Counted from the first letter of the stretch, positions 22,563 through 32,000 are shown. The stretch is DNA of 32,000 nucleotides from Mucisphaera calidilacus (GCF_007748075.1 NZ_CP036280.1:2130001-2162000); one strand, 5' to 3'. A program made the numbers and translations. Notes: generated from the letters alone by a model not told the origin.

Positions 22563-23969
22563 ATGCCGCTCTACGCGCTCGCCCTCTTCGCCGCCCTTCT
22601 TGGCTACGACCAACTCGGCTTCCGGCCCGAGCCGGCCGACGCGACCCTCTGGACCGTCTCCATCGCCATCAAGATCGCCGTCGCCCTCGCATGGTGGCGT
22701 CTCTGCCGCAGGGTCACCAACAACTGGTCCGATCCAGGCATCACCCGTTCCATCAACCGCCTCTACCGCTTCGGCGACGCCTACGGGCCCGCCACCGTCC
22801 TGCTCTTCCTCCTCGACCTGGCCCTGGGCACCCTCGCCGCGACACGCAATCTCATGGGCGACCTCATCCTTCTCGATGAACTCGCCGCCCTGCTCCCCAC
22901 CCTGCTGCTCCTGACCTGGCGATGGGTCCCCTACGAGCCGATCGACCGCTGGCTACGCGAAGCCGTCATGACCCGCCGCATGATCGAGGGACAGCCCGTC
23001 TACCCCAGCGGCTCACGCACCCAGTACGTCACCGACCAGCTCCGTCACCAACTCGCCCCCATCCTCCTGCCGATGGTCCTGATACTCGGCTGGCTCGAAA
23101 CCCTCAACCTCCTCAACCCCGCCCCCACCACCGGGCTGATCCTGATGATCACCGGCGTCGCCGTCGTCATGCTCCTCGCCGCCCCGCTCATCCTCTCTGC
23201 TTGGCGCACCCAGCCCGTCGGCCCGGGTGAACTCCGCGACGACCTCGAAGCGCTCTGCGCCCGCCAGGGCGTACGCCCCGGCGGTTTCCGACTCTGGATC
23301 ACCGAGGGACGACTCGCCAACGCCGCCGTCCTCGGACTCGCATGGCCCCTCCGCTACGTCCTCATCTCCGACACCATCCTCGACCACCTGCCCAAGTCGC
23401 AGGTGCTCGGCGTCCTGGCCCACGAGGTCGCCCACGTCCGCGAACGACACGCCCTCTGGCTCGGGCTCGGCACCCTCGTCGTCGCCTGGGGCATCGAACT
23501 CGCTCTCTACGTCTCGCCCTTCGGCGAAGCGCTCGTCGAGGCCGCCACCGCAGCGCAGCCCGACACCAACCAGGTCCTCCTCCTCGCCACCCTCCCGATC
23601 CTCGTCGCCCTGCCCTGGATCCTCGCCATGGGCTTCCTCTCGCGACGCTTCGAGCGCCAGGCCGACGCCGCCGGCGCACGCGAACTCTCCGCACACCTCG
23701 CCCCCGACGCTCAGACCATCACACCCGAGGCAGCCGACACCATGTGTCACGCCCTCGGGCAGGTCGCCAGCCTCAACGGCATGAACCCCGCACGCTTCAT
23801 GTGGCGGCACGGCTCGATCCACGAACGACAGGTCCACCTTCGTTCCCTCGTCGGCAAGCCCCACGACCAGCTGCCCATCGACAACCTCATCACCAGCATC
23901 CGCCGGTCCATCATCGTCGCGGGTATCCTCGGCATCGCGATCGGATACACCACCGGCATGATCGGATAA
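22563..23969 (+). CDS. Membrane-bound M48-family zinc metallopeptidase
   Basis: The protein has multiple TM helices. LGVLAHEVAHVRERH carries the HExxH motif, and a downstream E lies in RRFERQAD. Length is 468 aa. Confidence 0.8.
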   Translation: MPLYALALFAALLGYDQLGFRPEPADATLWTVSIAIKIAVALAWWRLCRRVTNNWSDPGITRSINRLYRFGDAYGPATVLLFLLDLALGTLAATRNLMGDLILLDELAALLPTLLLLTWRWVPYEPIDRWLREAVMTRRMIEGQPVYPSGSRTQYVTDQLRHQLAPILLPMVLILGWLETLNLLNPAPTTGLILMITGVAVVMLLAAPLILSAWRTQPVGPGELRDDLEALCARQGVRPGGFRLWITEGRLANAAVLGLAWPLRYVLISDTILDHLPKSQVLGVLAHEVAHVRERHALWLGLGTLVVAWGIELALYVSPFGEALVEAATAAQPDTNQVLLLATLPILVALPWILAMGFLSRRFERQADAAGARELSAHLAPDAQTITPEAADTMCHALGQVASLNGMNPARFMWRHGSIHERQVHLRSLVGKPHDQLPIDNLITSIRRSIIVAGILGIAIGYTTGMIG

Positions 23970-23976
23970 TCCCACG

Positions 23977-24837
23977 ATGCAGTTCATCAAGATGCACGGC
24001 CTCGGCAACGACTACGTCTACGTCAACGGTTTCCAGGAGACCGACGTCGAGTCCCGCGACCTCAACCAACTCGCACACGCCATCGCCGACCGACACCGAG
24101 GCGTCGGCTCCGACGGCCTCATCCTCGCACTCCCCCCGGCAACCGCTTCAGCCCACGCACGCATGCGCATGTTCAACGCCGACGGCAGCGAGGGCGACAT
24201 GTGCGGCAACGGCATCCGATGCCTCGCCAAGCTCGTCCACGACGAGGGCGTCAGCACCGCCAAACCCCTCCTCATCGAGACCGGCAACGGCGTCCTCACC
24301 GTCGACTACACCACCGACACCCACGGCAAACTCAACACCGCCACGGTTGACATGGGCGAACCCCGCTTCGAGCCGCAGGCCGTCCCCCTCAACCTCGATC
24401 ACGCTGACCCCACCGACCACCCCGCCACCTGGACCCTTGACCTCGACAGCCAGCCCATCACCTTCGTCGCCGTCAACACCGGCAACCCCCACGCCGTCGT
24501 CTTTGTCGATGACCTCACCACCGTCAACCTGCACCACCTTGGGCCGCGCCTCGAACACCACGTCGCCTTCGCACGCCGTGCCAACATCCACTTCGCCACC
24601 GTCGAGGCCCCCGACTCTCTCCGCGTGCTCCACTGGGAACGCGGCTCCGGTCCCACCCTCGCCTGCGGCACCGGCGCTACCGCCGTCTGCGTTGCCGCCG
24701 CCGCCACAGGCCGGTCCGATCGCACCGTCACCACCCACCTGCCCGGCGGCCCGCTCCGGATCGAGTGGCGTGACAACAACCACGTCTTCATGACCGGCCC
24801 CGCCGAAGAGTCGTTCCGAGGCATCTGGCCGCTCTAA
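23977..24837 (+). CDS. dapF: Diaminopimelate epimerase
   Basis: The opening is MQFIKMHGLGNDYVYV. MCGNGIRC and LACGTGATA contain the two catalytic Cys residues. Confidence 0.93.
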   Translation: MQFIKMHGLGNDYVYVNGFQETDVESRDLNQLAHAIADRHRGVGSDGLILALPPATASAHARMRMFNADGSEGDMCGNGIRCLAKLVHDEGVSTAKPLLIETGNGVLTVDYTTDTHGKLNTATVDMGEPRFEPQAVPLNLDHADPTDHPATWTLDLDSQPITFVAVNTGNPHAVVFVDDLTTVNLHHLGPRLEHHVAFARRANIHFATVEAPDSLRVLHWERGSGPTLACGTGATAVCVAAAATGRSDRTVTTHLPGGPLRIEWRDNNHVFMTGPAEESFRGIWPL

Positions 24838-25652
24838 CGCCTGATCACACCCTTCTCACGAAGAAACCCCTCGATCGACAGCCAGAACAGCTCCTCCGTC
24901 CGGCCGTGCGCGATGTCGTTGTGACCCGTCATCGGCAGCGACACCAGCCGCGCGTCCGCCGCCGCCGCGACCAGCTCGCGCGACTGATCGATCGAGATCA
25001 ACGTGTCCGTCGTCCCGTGCAGCACCAGCAGCGGCGATTCAAGCCCACGCACCACCGCGAGGTTGTCGAACGGATCAACCGCCCACGAACCCGGGAAACC
25101 GAACCGCCGGTACATCGCACGCATGCTTGTGAAAGGCGACACCAGCACCAACGCCGCCGGCTCCTCCACAACCGCCAGGTCACATGCCAACCCCGAGCCC
25201 AGCGACCGGCCGTGATACACCAGCCGCTCCGCGTCCACCTCCGAACGCTCCGCCAGCATCGCGCGGAAACGCACCATGTCCTCCAGGAAGTTCGCCTGCG
25301 TCGGCCGGCCCGTCGCCCGACCAAAACCACGGAACTCCGGCACCAGCACCGAGACCCCCATATCCACGTAGCGCTCCGCCGCTTCGTAACACCCCTCGAT
25401 CAGCATCGCGCTGCCGTGGAAGTAGATCACCGCCGGGCCGGGGCGCTCCGGCGTGCACCCGCGACCCGCCCAGTAGAAGGCCGGCACCCGTGTCCTGGCA
25501 TCCACCTCCAGCCACAACTCCGTCGTCCCCTCGGGCGGCGCGTCCTCGGCCGACGGCAAGAACAAATCGCCGTGGTAGATCAACGCCCGCTGCAGCGTAC
25601 ACCCCCCCGACATCAGGCAGATCACCATCAGGAAGCAGGCAAGTATCCTCAT
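24834..25652 (-). CDS. Alpha/beta-hydrolase-fold lipoprotein (serine hydrolase)
   Basis: I prefer the start at MRILACFLMVICLMSGGC (a lipobox) at 25652, 14 nt downstream of the accC stop. The triad candidates are GRSLGSG (nucleophile elbow), HGTTDTLI (Asp) and GHNDI (His). Confidence 0.75.
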   Translation of the reverse strand: MRILACFLMVICLMSGGCTLQRALIYHGDLFLPSAEDAPPEGTTELWLEVDARTRVPAFYWAGRGCTPERPGPAVIYFHGSAMLIEGCYEAAERYVDMGVSVLVPEFRGFGRATGRPTQANFLEDMVRFRAMLAERSEVDAERLVYHGRSLGSGLACDLAVVEEPAALVLVSPFTSMRAMYRRFGFPGSWAVDPFDNLAVVRGLESPLLVLHGTTDTLISIDQSRELVAAAADARLVSLPMTGHNDIAHGRTEELFWLSIEGFLREKGVIRR

Positions 25653-25666
25653 CCGCAGCCCGCCTC

Positions 25667-27010
25667 TTAAAGACCCAGCAACCGCTCCACGAAGTTGATG
25701 TCGATGTCCGACTTGCGGAAGTTGCCGTTCTTCATCAGCCGGCTGTGCAGGCCCACCGTCGTCGCGATCGGCCCCACCTTGAACTCCGCGAGCGAACGGC
25801 TCAGCCGACTGATCGCCGTGTTCCGGTCGTCGGCATGAACGATCAGCTTGGCGATCATCGAGTCGTAGTTCGGCGGGACGCGGTAACCCGCATAGACGTG
25901 CGTGTCGACGCGCACGCCAAGACCGCCCGGCAGATACAGCTCGTCGATCGGCCCGGCACACGGCGCGAAGTTGCGGTCCGGGTCCTCCGCGTTGATCCGC
26001 GCCTCGATCGCGTGCCCCTTGATCTTGATGTCCTTCTGCGTGAAGCTCAGCTTCTCCCCGGCAGCGATCCGGATCTGCTCCTTCACGATGTCCACACCCG
26101 TGATCATCTCGGTCACCGGGTGCTCCACCTGCACACGCGTGTTGACCTCCATGAGATACATGTCGTTCTTCGAGTCCATCAGGAACTCAACCGTCGCCGC
26201 CGAGTAATAACCCGCCGCCGCGACCAGGCGTGCCGCCGACTTGCACAGCTTGTCCGCCGCGTCACGCGTGAGCACAGGGCACGGAGCCTCCTCGATCAGC
26301 TTCTGCTTGCGCCGCTGCATCGTGCAGTCACGCTCCCACAGGTGCACCACGTTGCCGTGCGAATCGCCCAGCACCTGCACCTCGACGTGACGCGCGCGGT
26401 CGATGAACTTCTCGACGTACACACTCCCGTCGCCGAACGCCGCCTGCGCCTCGGCCTGCGCCGCCTTGAGACCCGCACGCAGCGAGATGTCGTTGTTGGC
26501 CACACGCATGCCCCGGCCGCCGCCGCCCGCCGACGCCTTGATCATCACCGGATAGCCGATCTCGCGCGCGACCTTCAGCGCCGCCTCCTCGTCCTCGATC
26601 TTGCCCTTCGAGCCCGGCGAGGTCGGGACCTTGTTCTTCACCGCCAGCTGCTTGCACTTGACCTTGTTGCCCAGCGTCTCCATCGCATCGACCGGCGGGC
26701 CGATGAACTCGATGTTGCACGACCGGCAGACCTCCGCGAAATGCGAGTTCTCCGCGAGAAACCCGTAACCCGGATGGATCGCATCAACATTCGCGATCTC
26801 CGCAGCGGCAATGATGCGCGGGATGTTCAGATAGGATTCCGTCGCGGCAGGCGGCCCGACACAGATCGCACGGTCCGCCAGCTTCACGTGCATCGAGTTG
26901 GCGTCCGCCTCGGAATAGATAGCCACCGACTCCACACCCAGCTCACGCGCCGCACGGATGATGCGGATGGCGATCTCTCCTCGGTTGGCGATCAGGATCC
27001 TCGAAAACAT
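25667..27010 (-). CDS. accC: Acetyl-CoA carboxylase, biotin carboxylase subunit
   Basis: The opening is [25 protein letters not shown]. The protein has ATP-grasp motifs and is 447 aa long. Confidence 0.95.
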   Translation of the reverse strand: MFSRILIANRGEIAIRIIRAARELGVESVAIYSEADANSMHVKLADRAICVGPPAATESYLNIPRIIAAAEIANVDAIHPGYGFLAENSHFAEVCRSCNIEFIGPPVDAMETLGNKVKCKQLAVKNKVPTSPGSKGKIEDEEAALKVAREIGYPVMIKASAGGGGRGMRVANNDISLRAGLKAAQAEAQAAFGDGSVYVEKFIDRARHVEVQVLGDSHGNVVHLWERDCTMQRRKQKLIEEAPCPVLTRDAADKLCKSAARLVAAAGYYSAATVEFLMDSKNDMYLMEVNTRVQVEHPVTEMITGVDIVKEQIRIAAGEKLSFTQKDIKIKGHAIEARINAEDPDRNFAPCAGPIDELYLPGGLGVRVDTHVYAGYRVPPNYDSMIAKLIVHADDRNTAISRLSRSLAEFKVGPIATTVGLHSRLMKNGNFRKSDIDINFVERLLGL

Positions 27011-27096
27011 ACGGTCTCATCTCTCTGCGAGACGGGCCATGCCCGCCCGCGGGTTCCGTTGGGTCATCGACACAACCGTGCGCTCATCGCGGCCGA

Positions 27097-27594
27097 TCAG
27101 TTCGGGCGGATCTTCATGATCGGCTGGCCGAACTCGACCGCCTCGCCGTTCTTGACCAGGATCTCAGCCACGGTGCCGGATGCCTCGGCCTTGATCTCGT
27201 TGAAGACCTTCATCGCCTCGATCAGACAGATGACCGTCTCCGCCGTCACCGTGTCGCCCACCTTGACGTAAGCCGGAGCGTCCGGACTCGACGAGGCATA
27301 GTAGGTGCCCACCATCGGGCTGTTGATCGTCACAAGGTTCGGGTCCTCGGCAACAGGCGCCTCACCACCACCGGCGGGCGCCGCAGCTCCTGCAGCAGGA
27401 GCCGGAGCAGCCGGGGGCGCACCCGCAGCCGGGTTGAGCACCACCGTCGGAACACCACCACCCGACTCGACAGGCTTGCCGCCGCGACGAAGACGAACCT
27501 TGCCGTCCTCGCCCTCGACATCCACCTCCGTCAGGTCATGGTCAACCATCATCTTGATCAGTTGTCGCAGGGTCTTCAGATCAGTCATAGCCAT
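27097..27594 (-). CDS. accB: Acetyl-CoA carboxylase biotin carboxyl carrier protein
   Basis: The protein has an Ala/Pro-rich linker and the biotinylation motif CLIEAMKVFNEI. I prefer the start at MAMTDLKTLRQLI (27594). The track ORF extends to 27636. Confidence 0.9.
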   Translation of the reverse strand: MAMTDLKTLRQLIKMMVDHDLTEVDVEGEDGKVRLRRGGKPVESGGGVPTVVLNPAAGAPPAAPAPAAGAAAPAGGGEAPVAEDPNLVTINSPMVGTYYASSSPDAPAYVKVGDTVTAETVICLIEAMKVFNEIKAEASGTVAEILVKNGEAVEFGQPIMKIRPN

Positions 27595-27648
27595 CCATAT
27601 CAAGGCGTCGGCACGAGCACGCACCGACCGGGTCACTCTGGGTAAGCC

Positions 27649-28758
27649 CTACAGCGTCGCGGAATCCAGTCCCTTGGGCAAGTCACACAACACCTCGTGC
27701 CCCGACGCCGTCACCACCACATCATCCTCGATTCTAACCCCGCCCACACCCGGGAGATAGATGCCCGGCTCCACCGTCACGACCTGCCCGACCTCAAGTC
27801 GCCCCTTCGCCTTGCCCCACAGTCGCGGTTCCTCGTGAATCTCCAGGCCGATCCCGTGCCCCAGGCTGTGCAGGAATTCCTTGCCGTAACCCGCCTTGCG
27901 GACCACCTCACGCGCCGCCTCATCCACGTCACGCAGCTCAACACCCGGCGCGATCGCATCGATCCCCGCCAGCTGCGCCTCCAGCACGATCGCGTAAACC
28001 TCGCGCATCCGCTTCGACATACGCCCCATCACAACCACACGCGTCATGTCCGAGCAGTAACCGTCGTACTTCGCCCCCCAGTCGAAGAGCACCACCTGAT
28101 TCCTGCGGATCTTCGCCGAGGAAGGCATCGCGTGCGGCAGGCTCGAACGCGCACCCGCCGCGACAATCGTCGGGAAACTCACGCCCTCGCCGCCATGCAC
28201 CTTGATCCGGTACTCAAGGTAAGCAGCCACCTCCAACTCCGTCATCCCCACCTTCATCCAGGCAGTCGTCTCGACAAAGGCCAGTTGCTGGATCGCGATC
28301 GCCCGACGGATCAGCGCCAGCTCATCATCGCTCTTCACCGAGCGCTGCATCGACAGGCCGAGGCCCATGCCCACCAGCCTGGTCGGCTTCGACGCCTTCA
28401 CCAACCGATTCCGGTCGGTCACACTCAACTCCGAGGGATCAAAACCGACGCGCTCAAACCCACGCTTGCCAACCACCTTGCCCGTCATCGTCGCAATCGG
28501 CCCGTCACGCATCACCGCACGCGAACCCGACGCAGACGCAGCAATCTCCTCCTCGAACCGACGGTCGGAGATGATGACCGGCTTACCGCGACGGAGCGGA
28601 ACCAGCACCCACGAGTCCTCGCCCGAGAAACCGGTGAGGTAGCGCACGTCCACCGCGCGCGTGAGCAGCACCGCGTCAACCTTGCCGTCCCCGAGTCGCT
28701 TGCGGAGCGCCGTCACACGCCGGGCGTGCACGTTCACTGCCTTGTTCACACTTGCCAT
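27649..28758 (-). CDS. pepP: M24-family Xaa-Pro aminopeptidase
   Basis: The protein contains DWGAKYDGYCSDMTR, HSLGHGIGLEIHE and VTVEPGIY...RIEDDV. Length is 369 aa. Confidence 0.85.
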   Translation of the reverse strand: MASVNKAVNVHARRVTALRKRLGDGKVDAVLLTRAVDVRYLTGFSGEDSWVLVPLRRGKPVIISDRRFEEEIAASASGSRAVMRDGPIATMTGKVVGKRGFERVGFDPSELSVTDRNRLVKASKPTRLVGMGLGLSMQRSVKSDDELALIRRAIAIQQLAFVETTAWMKVGMTELEVAAYLEYRIKVHGGEGVSFPTIVAAGARSSLPHAMPSSAKIRRNQVVLFDWGAKYDGYCSDMTRVVVMGRMSKRMREVYAIVLEAQLAGIDAIAPGVELRDVDEAAREVVRKAGYGKEFLHSLGHGIGLEIHEEPRLWGKAKGRLEVGQVVTVEPGIYLPGVGGVRIEDDVVVTASGHEVLCDLPKGLDSATL

Positions 28759-28761
28759 GGC

Positions 28762-29163
28762 TTACTTCTTGTACACAGCATCGGGATCAAAAACCGGCTT
28801 CTCGACGATCGACAGACCATCGGCCTGCACCGTCCGGTAGAAGCACGTGTGATAACCGACGTGACACGCCGGCCCGTGCGACTTGCACCGCAGCAGCACC
28901 GTGTCCTGATCGCAGTCGATCCGCACCTCGACAATCTCCTGGATGTGACCCGACGACTCACCCTTCACCCACGTCTTGTCTCGCGAACGCGAATAGAACG
29001 TCGCCTTCTTCGACTCAATCGTGCGGTCGAGCGCGTCACGGTTCATCCACGCCATCATCAGGACCTCGCCCGTCTCGTGGTCCTGCAGGATCGCGGGGAT
29101 CAACCCCTGATCATTGAGCTTGAGGTCGAGGTCCGTTCCGGTTTCTCGTGCGTTGTCCGACAT
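28762..29163 (-). CDS. hisI: Phosphoribosyl-AMP cyclohydrolase
   Basis: The protein contains GLIPAILQD, MMAWMNRDAL, YSRSR..W.KGESSGH and RIDCDQDTVLLRC...GPACH. I prefer the start at MSDNARE (29163). Confidence 0.9.
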   Translation of the reverse strand: MSDNARETGTDLDLKLNDQGLIPAILQDHETGEVLMMAWMNRDALDRTIESKKATFYSRSRDKTWVKGESSGHIQEIVEVRIDCDQDTVLLRCKSHGPACHVGYHTCFYRTVQADGLSIVEKPVFDPDAVYKK

Positions 29164-29299
29164 GCGTCTGAGACTCCATCTCAAAAAGGCTTTTCCGTGT
29201 AATCAATCCATTTTACCGGATTTACAGCTCTCTTTCCCGCCATTTTTGACGCCCCAGGGGCTATACTCCACCGCATCACGCCGATGAGGATCTGCAACC

Positions 29300-29764
29300 A
29301 TGCCCGAAGGCGACGAAGCACCCAAAATCATTGTTGACAGCGACTGGAAAGCTCAGGCCCAAGCCGAGAAGCAGAAGCTCGCTGATCAGGCCAAGGCCAA
29401 AGAAGAAACCGCTGGCGGTGCCGCTGCCGGAGCGCCCGGCCAACTCCCGCCGGCCTCCTTCGAAACGCTGATGTCCTCCATGGCCACCCAGGCCCTGATG
29501 TCACTCGGCGCCTTCGCCGACCGACGAACCGGCCAGCCCATCCCGCCCGACCTGCAGATGGCCAAGTTCCACATCGATCTCCTCGGCGTCCTCGAAGAGA
29601 AAACCAAGGGCAACCTCTCCGACGAGGAAGCCGAAACCCTCAAGATGACGCTCCACGAACTCCGATTGCAGTTCGTACACATGGCCTCGCCCCCCGACGC
29701 GGGCGCTCAGGCCGCCGGTAACGCAACCGCCAGTAACAACCCAATCGATCCCACAATCGGCTGA
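29300..29764 (+). CDS. DUF1844 domain-containing protein
   Basis: PPASFETLMSSMATQALMSLG...DLQMAKFHIDLLGVLEEKTKGNLSDEEAETLKMTLHELRLQFV matches my memory of the DUF1844 signature. Confidence 0.75.
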   Translation: MPEGDEAPKIIVDSDWKAQAQAEKQKLADQAKAKEETAGGAAAGAPGQLPPASFETLMSSMATQALMSLGAFADRRTGQPIPPDLQMAKFHIDLLGVLEEKTKGNLSDEEAETLKMTLHELRLQFVHMASPPDAGAQAAGNATASNNPIDPTIG

Positions 29765-29827
29765 TTCGCCGAATAAGAGATCATGTGGTATTCTGTTTGA
29801 CAACCCTCACGCAACGACGCCACGACC

Positions 29828-30715
29828 GTGGCCGAGCAACCCCAAGGAACGATAGCCGTGTCTACCGCTGCCGCTGAATCTCAGGGTCTTCTCCAGAACC
29901 ATCACTTCCTCCTGCGTCGACTCCACTCCCTCACGGGCGTGATCCCCATCGGCGTTTTCGTGATGTTCCACCTCTTCACCAACATGCAGATGGCCTTTAA
30001 GCCGCTGGGCCTCGGCGACGAGTTCCAGCACGAGGTCGAGTGGATCCACAACACCATCCCCGCCATGTGGTTCGTCGAGATCTTCGGCCTCTGGATCCCC
30101 ATCTTCTTCCACGCGATCCTTGGCGTCGTCTATACCTTCACCGGCACCAACAACGTCAAGAGCTACAACTACGAGGGCAACGTCCGCTACGTCATCCAAC
30201 GCGTCACCGGCATCCTCGCCTTCATCTTCATCTTCCTCCACATCGCCACCCTCCGCTGGGGCTGGAACATCTTCGGCTGGTACACCCCCTTCTACGTCCA
30301 CGGCACCCTCGCCGACGGCACCGAAGTCCCCCTCTCCTCGCCCAGCCTCGCCATCGCCCTCCAGGGCGGCATCGAACAGAACATCGCCCTCGCCATCTTC
30401 GTCTCCGCGCTCTACGCCATCGGAGCCTTCTCCGCCGTCTTCCACTGGGCCAACGGTCTCTGGACCGCCGCCATCACCTGGGGCGCCACCACCACCGTCC
30501 AGTCCATGCGACGCTGGGGTTACGTCTGCATCGTCATCGGCGTCTCCCTCTCCTTCTTCACCGCCGCCGCCCTCTGGGGTGCCTGGGCCTACGAGCTCAC
30601 CGACGACGAAAAAACCGCCTACCAGCGGGCTATGAACGGCGAGCACGCCGCTCACGTGGAACACGCCGAAACCGGCGACCACAGCCACGCCACCACCATC
30701 GAACCAACGGACTGA
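29828..30715 (+). CDS. sdhC: Succinate dehydrogenase/fumarate reductase cytochrome b subunit (b558 family)
   Basis: The opening FLLRRLHSLTGVIPIGVFVMFHLFTN matches the b558 family, and there are five TM helices with conserved His. The GTG at 29828 is the track start. The GTG at 29858 is preceded by AAGGAA and may be the true start. Confidence 0.85.
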   Translation: MAEQPQGTIAVSTAAAESQGLLQNHHFLLRRLHSLTGVIPIGVFVMFHLFTNMQMAFKPLGLGDEFQHEVEWIHNTIPAMWFVEIFGLWIPIFFHAILGVVYTFTGTNNVKSYNYEGNVRYVIQRVTGILAFIFIFLHIATLRWGWNIFGWYTPFYVHGTLADGTEVPLSSPSLAIALQGGIEQNIALAIFVSALYAIGAFSAVFHWANGLWTAAITWGATTTVQSMRRWGYVCIVIGVSLSFFTAAALWGAWAYELTDDEKTAYQRAMNGEHAAHVEHAETGDHSHATTIEPTD

Positions 30716-30731
30716 TTTTCTTACCAGCAAC

Positions 30732-30804
30732 GGCTGCCACGCAGCCGGTCAGAGGACTAATGTCAGGTAATACCTGACCGTGTCGGACGACAGAGAAGTC
30801 CGAC
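30732..30804 (+). promoter_or_regulatory. Three consecutive stem-loops in the sdhC-sdhA intercistronic spacer
   Basis: The hairpins are GGCTGC-CAC-GCAGCC (30732-30746), GTCAGGT-AAT-ACCTGAC (30762-30778) and GTCGGAC-N9-GTCCGAC (30782-30804). The ribosome-binding site GAAAGGAAG follows immediately. Confidence 0.4.
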
Positions 30805-30819
30805 AGAAAGGAAGCCGCC

Positions 30820-32000
30820 GTGGGCACACAGCCTAGGGTCATCGTGGTCGGGGGAGGACTGGCGGGACTCGCCGCGTCCGTCCGTGTCGCCGAAGCAGGC
30901 ACCCCAGTCGACCTCTTCTCCGTCGTTCCCGTCAAACGCTCCCACTCCGTCTGCGCCCAGGGCGGCATCAACGCCTGCAACAAGGTCGCCAGACAGCAGG
31001 GCTACTCCGAGTGGCAGCACATGGACGAGACGCTCTACGGCGGCGACTTCCTCAACCACCAGCCGCCCGTGTACGAAATGGCACACTGGGCACCCAAGGT
31101 CATCGACCTCCTCGACCGCATGGGTGTCCCCTTCAACCGAACACGCGAGGGCGAACGCGATCTCCGTCTCTTCGGCGGCTCGCTCTTCAAGCGAACCCAC
31201 TTCTCCGGCGCCTCCACCGGCCAGCAGCTGCTCTACGCCCTCGACGAGCAGACCCGACGCTACGAGGCCGAAGGCAAGGTCACCAAGTACGAGTTCTGGG
31301 AGTTCCTCCGCCCCCTCATCAACGAGGATGGCGACTGCAAGGGCATCATCGCTCAGGACGTCCGGACCATGGAAATCCGGGCCTTCCCCGCCGACGCCGT
31401 CGTCCTCGCCACCGGCGGCAACGGGCTCATGTTCGGCAAGTCGACCATGTCCGTTATCTGCACCGGCGCCGCAGCGGCCCGCGCCTACCGGCACGGCGCC
31501 TGGCTCGGCAACCCCGAGTTCATCCAGGTCCACCCCACCGCCATCCCCGGCGAAGACAAGTGCCGCCTCATGTCCGAGTCGGCACGCGGCGAAGGCGGAC
31601 GCGTCTGGGTACCCCGCAAGAAGGGCGACACCCGACACCCCCTCGAGATCCCCGAGGAAGAACGCCTCTACTTCCTCGAAGAGAAGTACCCCGCCTACGG
31701 CAACCTCGTCCCGCGTGACATCGCCACCCGCGAGATCTTCTGGAAGTGTCAGGAGGGCTACGGCATCGGTGGCGGACGCATGGTCTACCTCGACGTCTCG
31801 CACCTCCCCACCGAGACCAAGAACAAGCTCAAGGCCATCCTCGAGCTCTACGAAAAGTTCACCGGCGACGACCCGACCGAAGTCCCCATGAAGATCTTCC
31901 CCTCCGTCCACTACACCATGGGCGGTCTCTGGACCACCTATCAGGAAGAGTGGCGCGACGCCGACCCCGCCTGCGATCCCTCCGACCGCAAGACCATCGT
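30820..32000 (+). CDS. sdhA: Succinate dehydrogenase/fumarate reductase flavoprotein subunit; the 3' end runs off the window
   Basis: I translated this by hand from the GTG at 30820, which follows GAAAGGAAG. It begins VGTQPRVIVVGGGLAGLAASVRVAEAG (FAD fold) and contains KRSHSVCAQGGINA (the covalent-FAD His region) and VHYTMGGLW. It is absent from the ORF track because it is open at the window edge. Confidence 0.92.
   Translation, partial: MGTQPRVIVVGGGLAGLAASVRVAEAGTPVDLFSVVPVKRSHSVCAQGGINACNKVARQQGYSEWQHMDETLYGGDFLNHQPPVYEMAHWAPKVIDLLDRMGVPFNRTREGERDLRLFGGSLFKRTHFSGASTGQQLLYALDEQTRRYEAEGKVTKYEFWEFLRPLINEDGDCKGIIAQDVRTMEIRAFPADAVVLATGGNGLMFGKSTMSVICTGAAAARAYRHGAWLGNPEFIQVHPTAIPGEDKCRLMSESARGEGGRVWVPRKKGDTRHPLEIPEEERLYFLEEKYPAYGNLVPRDIATREIFWKCQEGYGIGGGRMVYLDVSHLPTETKNKLKAILELYEKFTGDDPTEVPMKIFPSVHYTMGGLWTTYQEEWRDADPACDPSDRKTI

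Noticed and set aside
23342-24793. A 483-aa plus-strand ORF spanning the end of the M48 gene and most of dapF in another frame.
   Set aside because: It is a Pro/Ser/Thr/Arg-rich off-frame read-through of two well-supported genes.
25653-25961. A 103-codon N-terminal extension of the alpha/beta-hydrolase ORF.
   Set aside because: It overlaps the 3' end of accC in another frame and is Arg-rich. The internal Met at 25652 starts a clean lipoprotein signal peptide.
25184-27271. A 695-aa plus-strand ORF opposite accC/accB, a 501-aa ORF at 27697-29202 opposite pepP/hisI, and minus-strand ORFs at 29807-30730 and 30763-31911 opposite sdhC/sdhA.
   Set aside because: They lie opposite unmistakable housekeeping genes, and their Arg/Pro-rich translations carry no motifs.
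29246-29267. TTGACG ... TATACT upstream of the DUF1844 gene, considered as a sigma70 promoter.
   Set aside because: The two hexamers are separated by only 10 nt (GCCCCAGGGGC-type palindrome between them), far from the 16-18 nt needed. The TATACT alone might still act as a -10 element, but I cannot support a promoter call.

Overview
This is a GC-rich bacterial chromosomal window with strongly GC3-biased codons. By inference it comes from a Planctomycetota (Phycisphaerae-like) or Verrucomicrobiota-type organism, because PEP-CTERM sorting tails, dockerin-like repeats and a b558-type succinate dehydrogenase occur together. I see no integrase, transposase, CRISPR array or rRNA.

The window splits into two parts at a tRNA-Ala(GGC) gene at 16791-16863.

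Left half (1-16.7 kb), accessory and cell-surface genes:
- A LacI-associated beta-glucan locus: a GH16 enzyme, a CBM-only PEP-CTERM protein, LacI, and divergently a 1163-aa cytoplasmic enzyme with GH94-clan-like phosphorylase motifs followed by a second GH16 carrying CBM, dockerin-like and PEP-CTERM modules.
- A small Cys-containing ORF and an orphan Y-family DNA polymerase, both flanked by AT-rich spacers.
- A run of PEP-CTERM cargo proteins (metallophosphoesterase, LamG, and a dockerin-like protein) wrapped around an MBOAT plus SGNH O-acetylation gene pair.

Right half (16.8-32 kb), mostly housekeeping:
- A COG1579 zinc-ribbon protein and an RNase H.
- Two membrane proteins, then sppA.
- A LarC N-terminal-domain-only gene with a His-rich tract.
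- An M48 peptidase and dapF.
- A minus-strand operon hisI-pepP-accB-accC-alpha/beta hydrolase.
- A DUF1844 protein, sdhC, and a partial sdhA.

The most interesting items are:
- the unclassified 1163-aa putative glycoside phosphorylase and its TGTAACA-rich control region;
- the shared dockerin-like plus PEP-CTERM tail module;
- the PEP-CTERM/MBOAT/SGNH cluster;
- the truncated LarC;
- the RNase H with a Cys-rich C-terminal extension.

All functional calls rest on motifs I read in the translations and on remembered family signatures. No database search was run.
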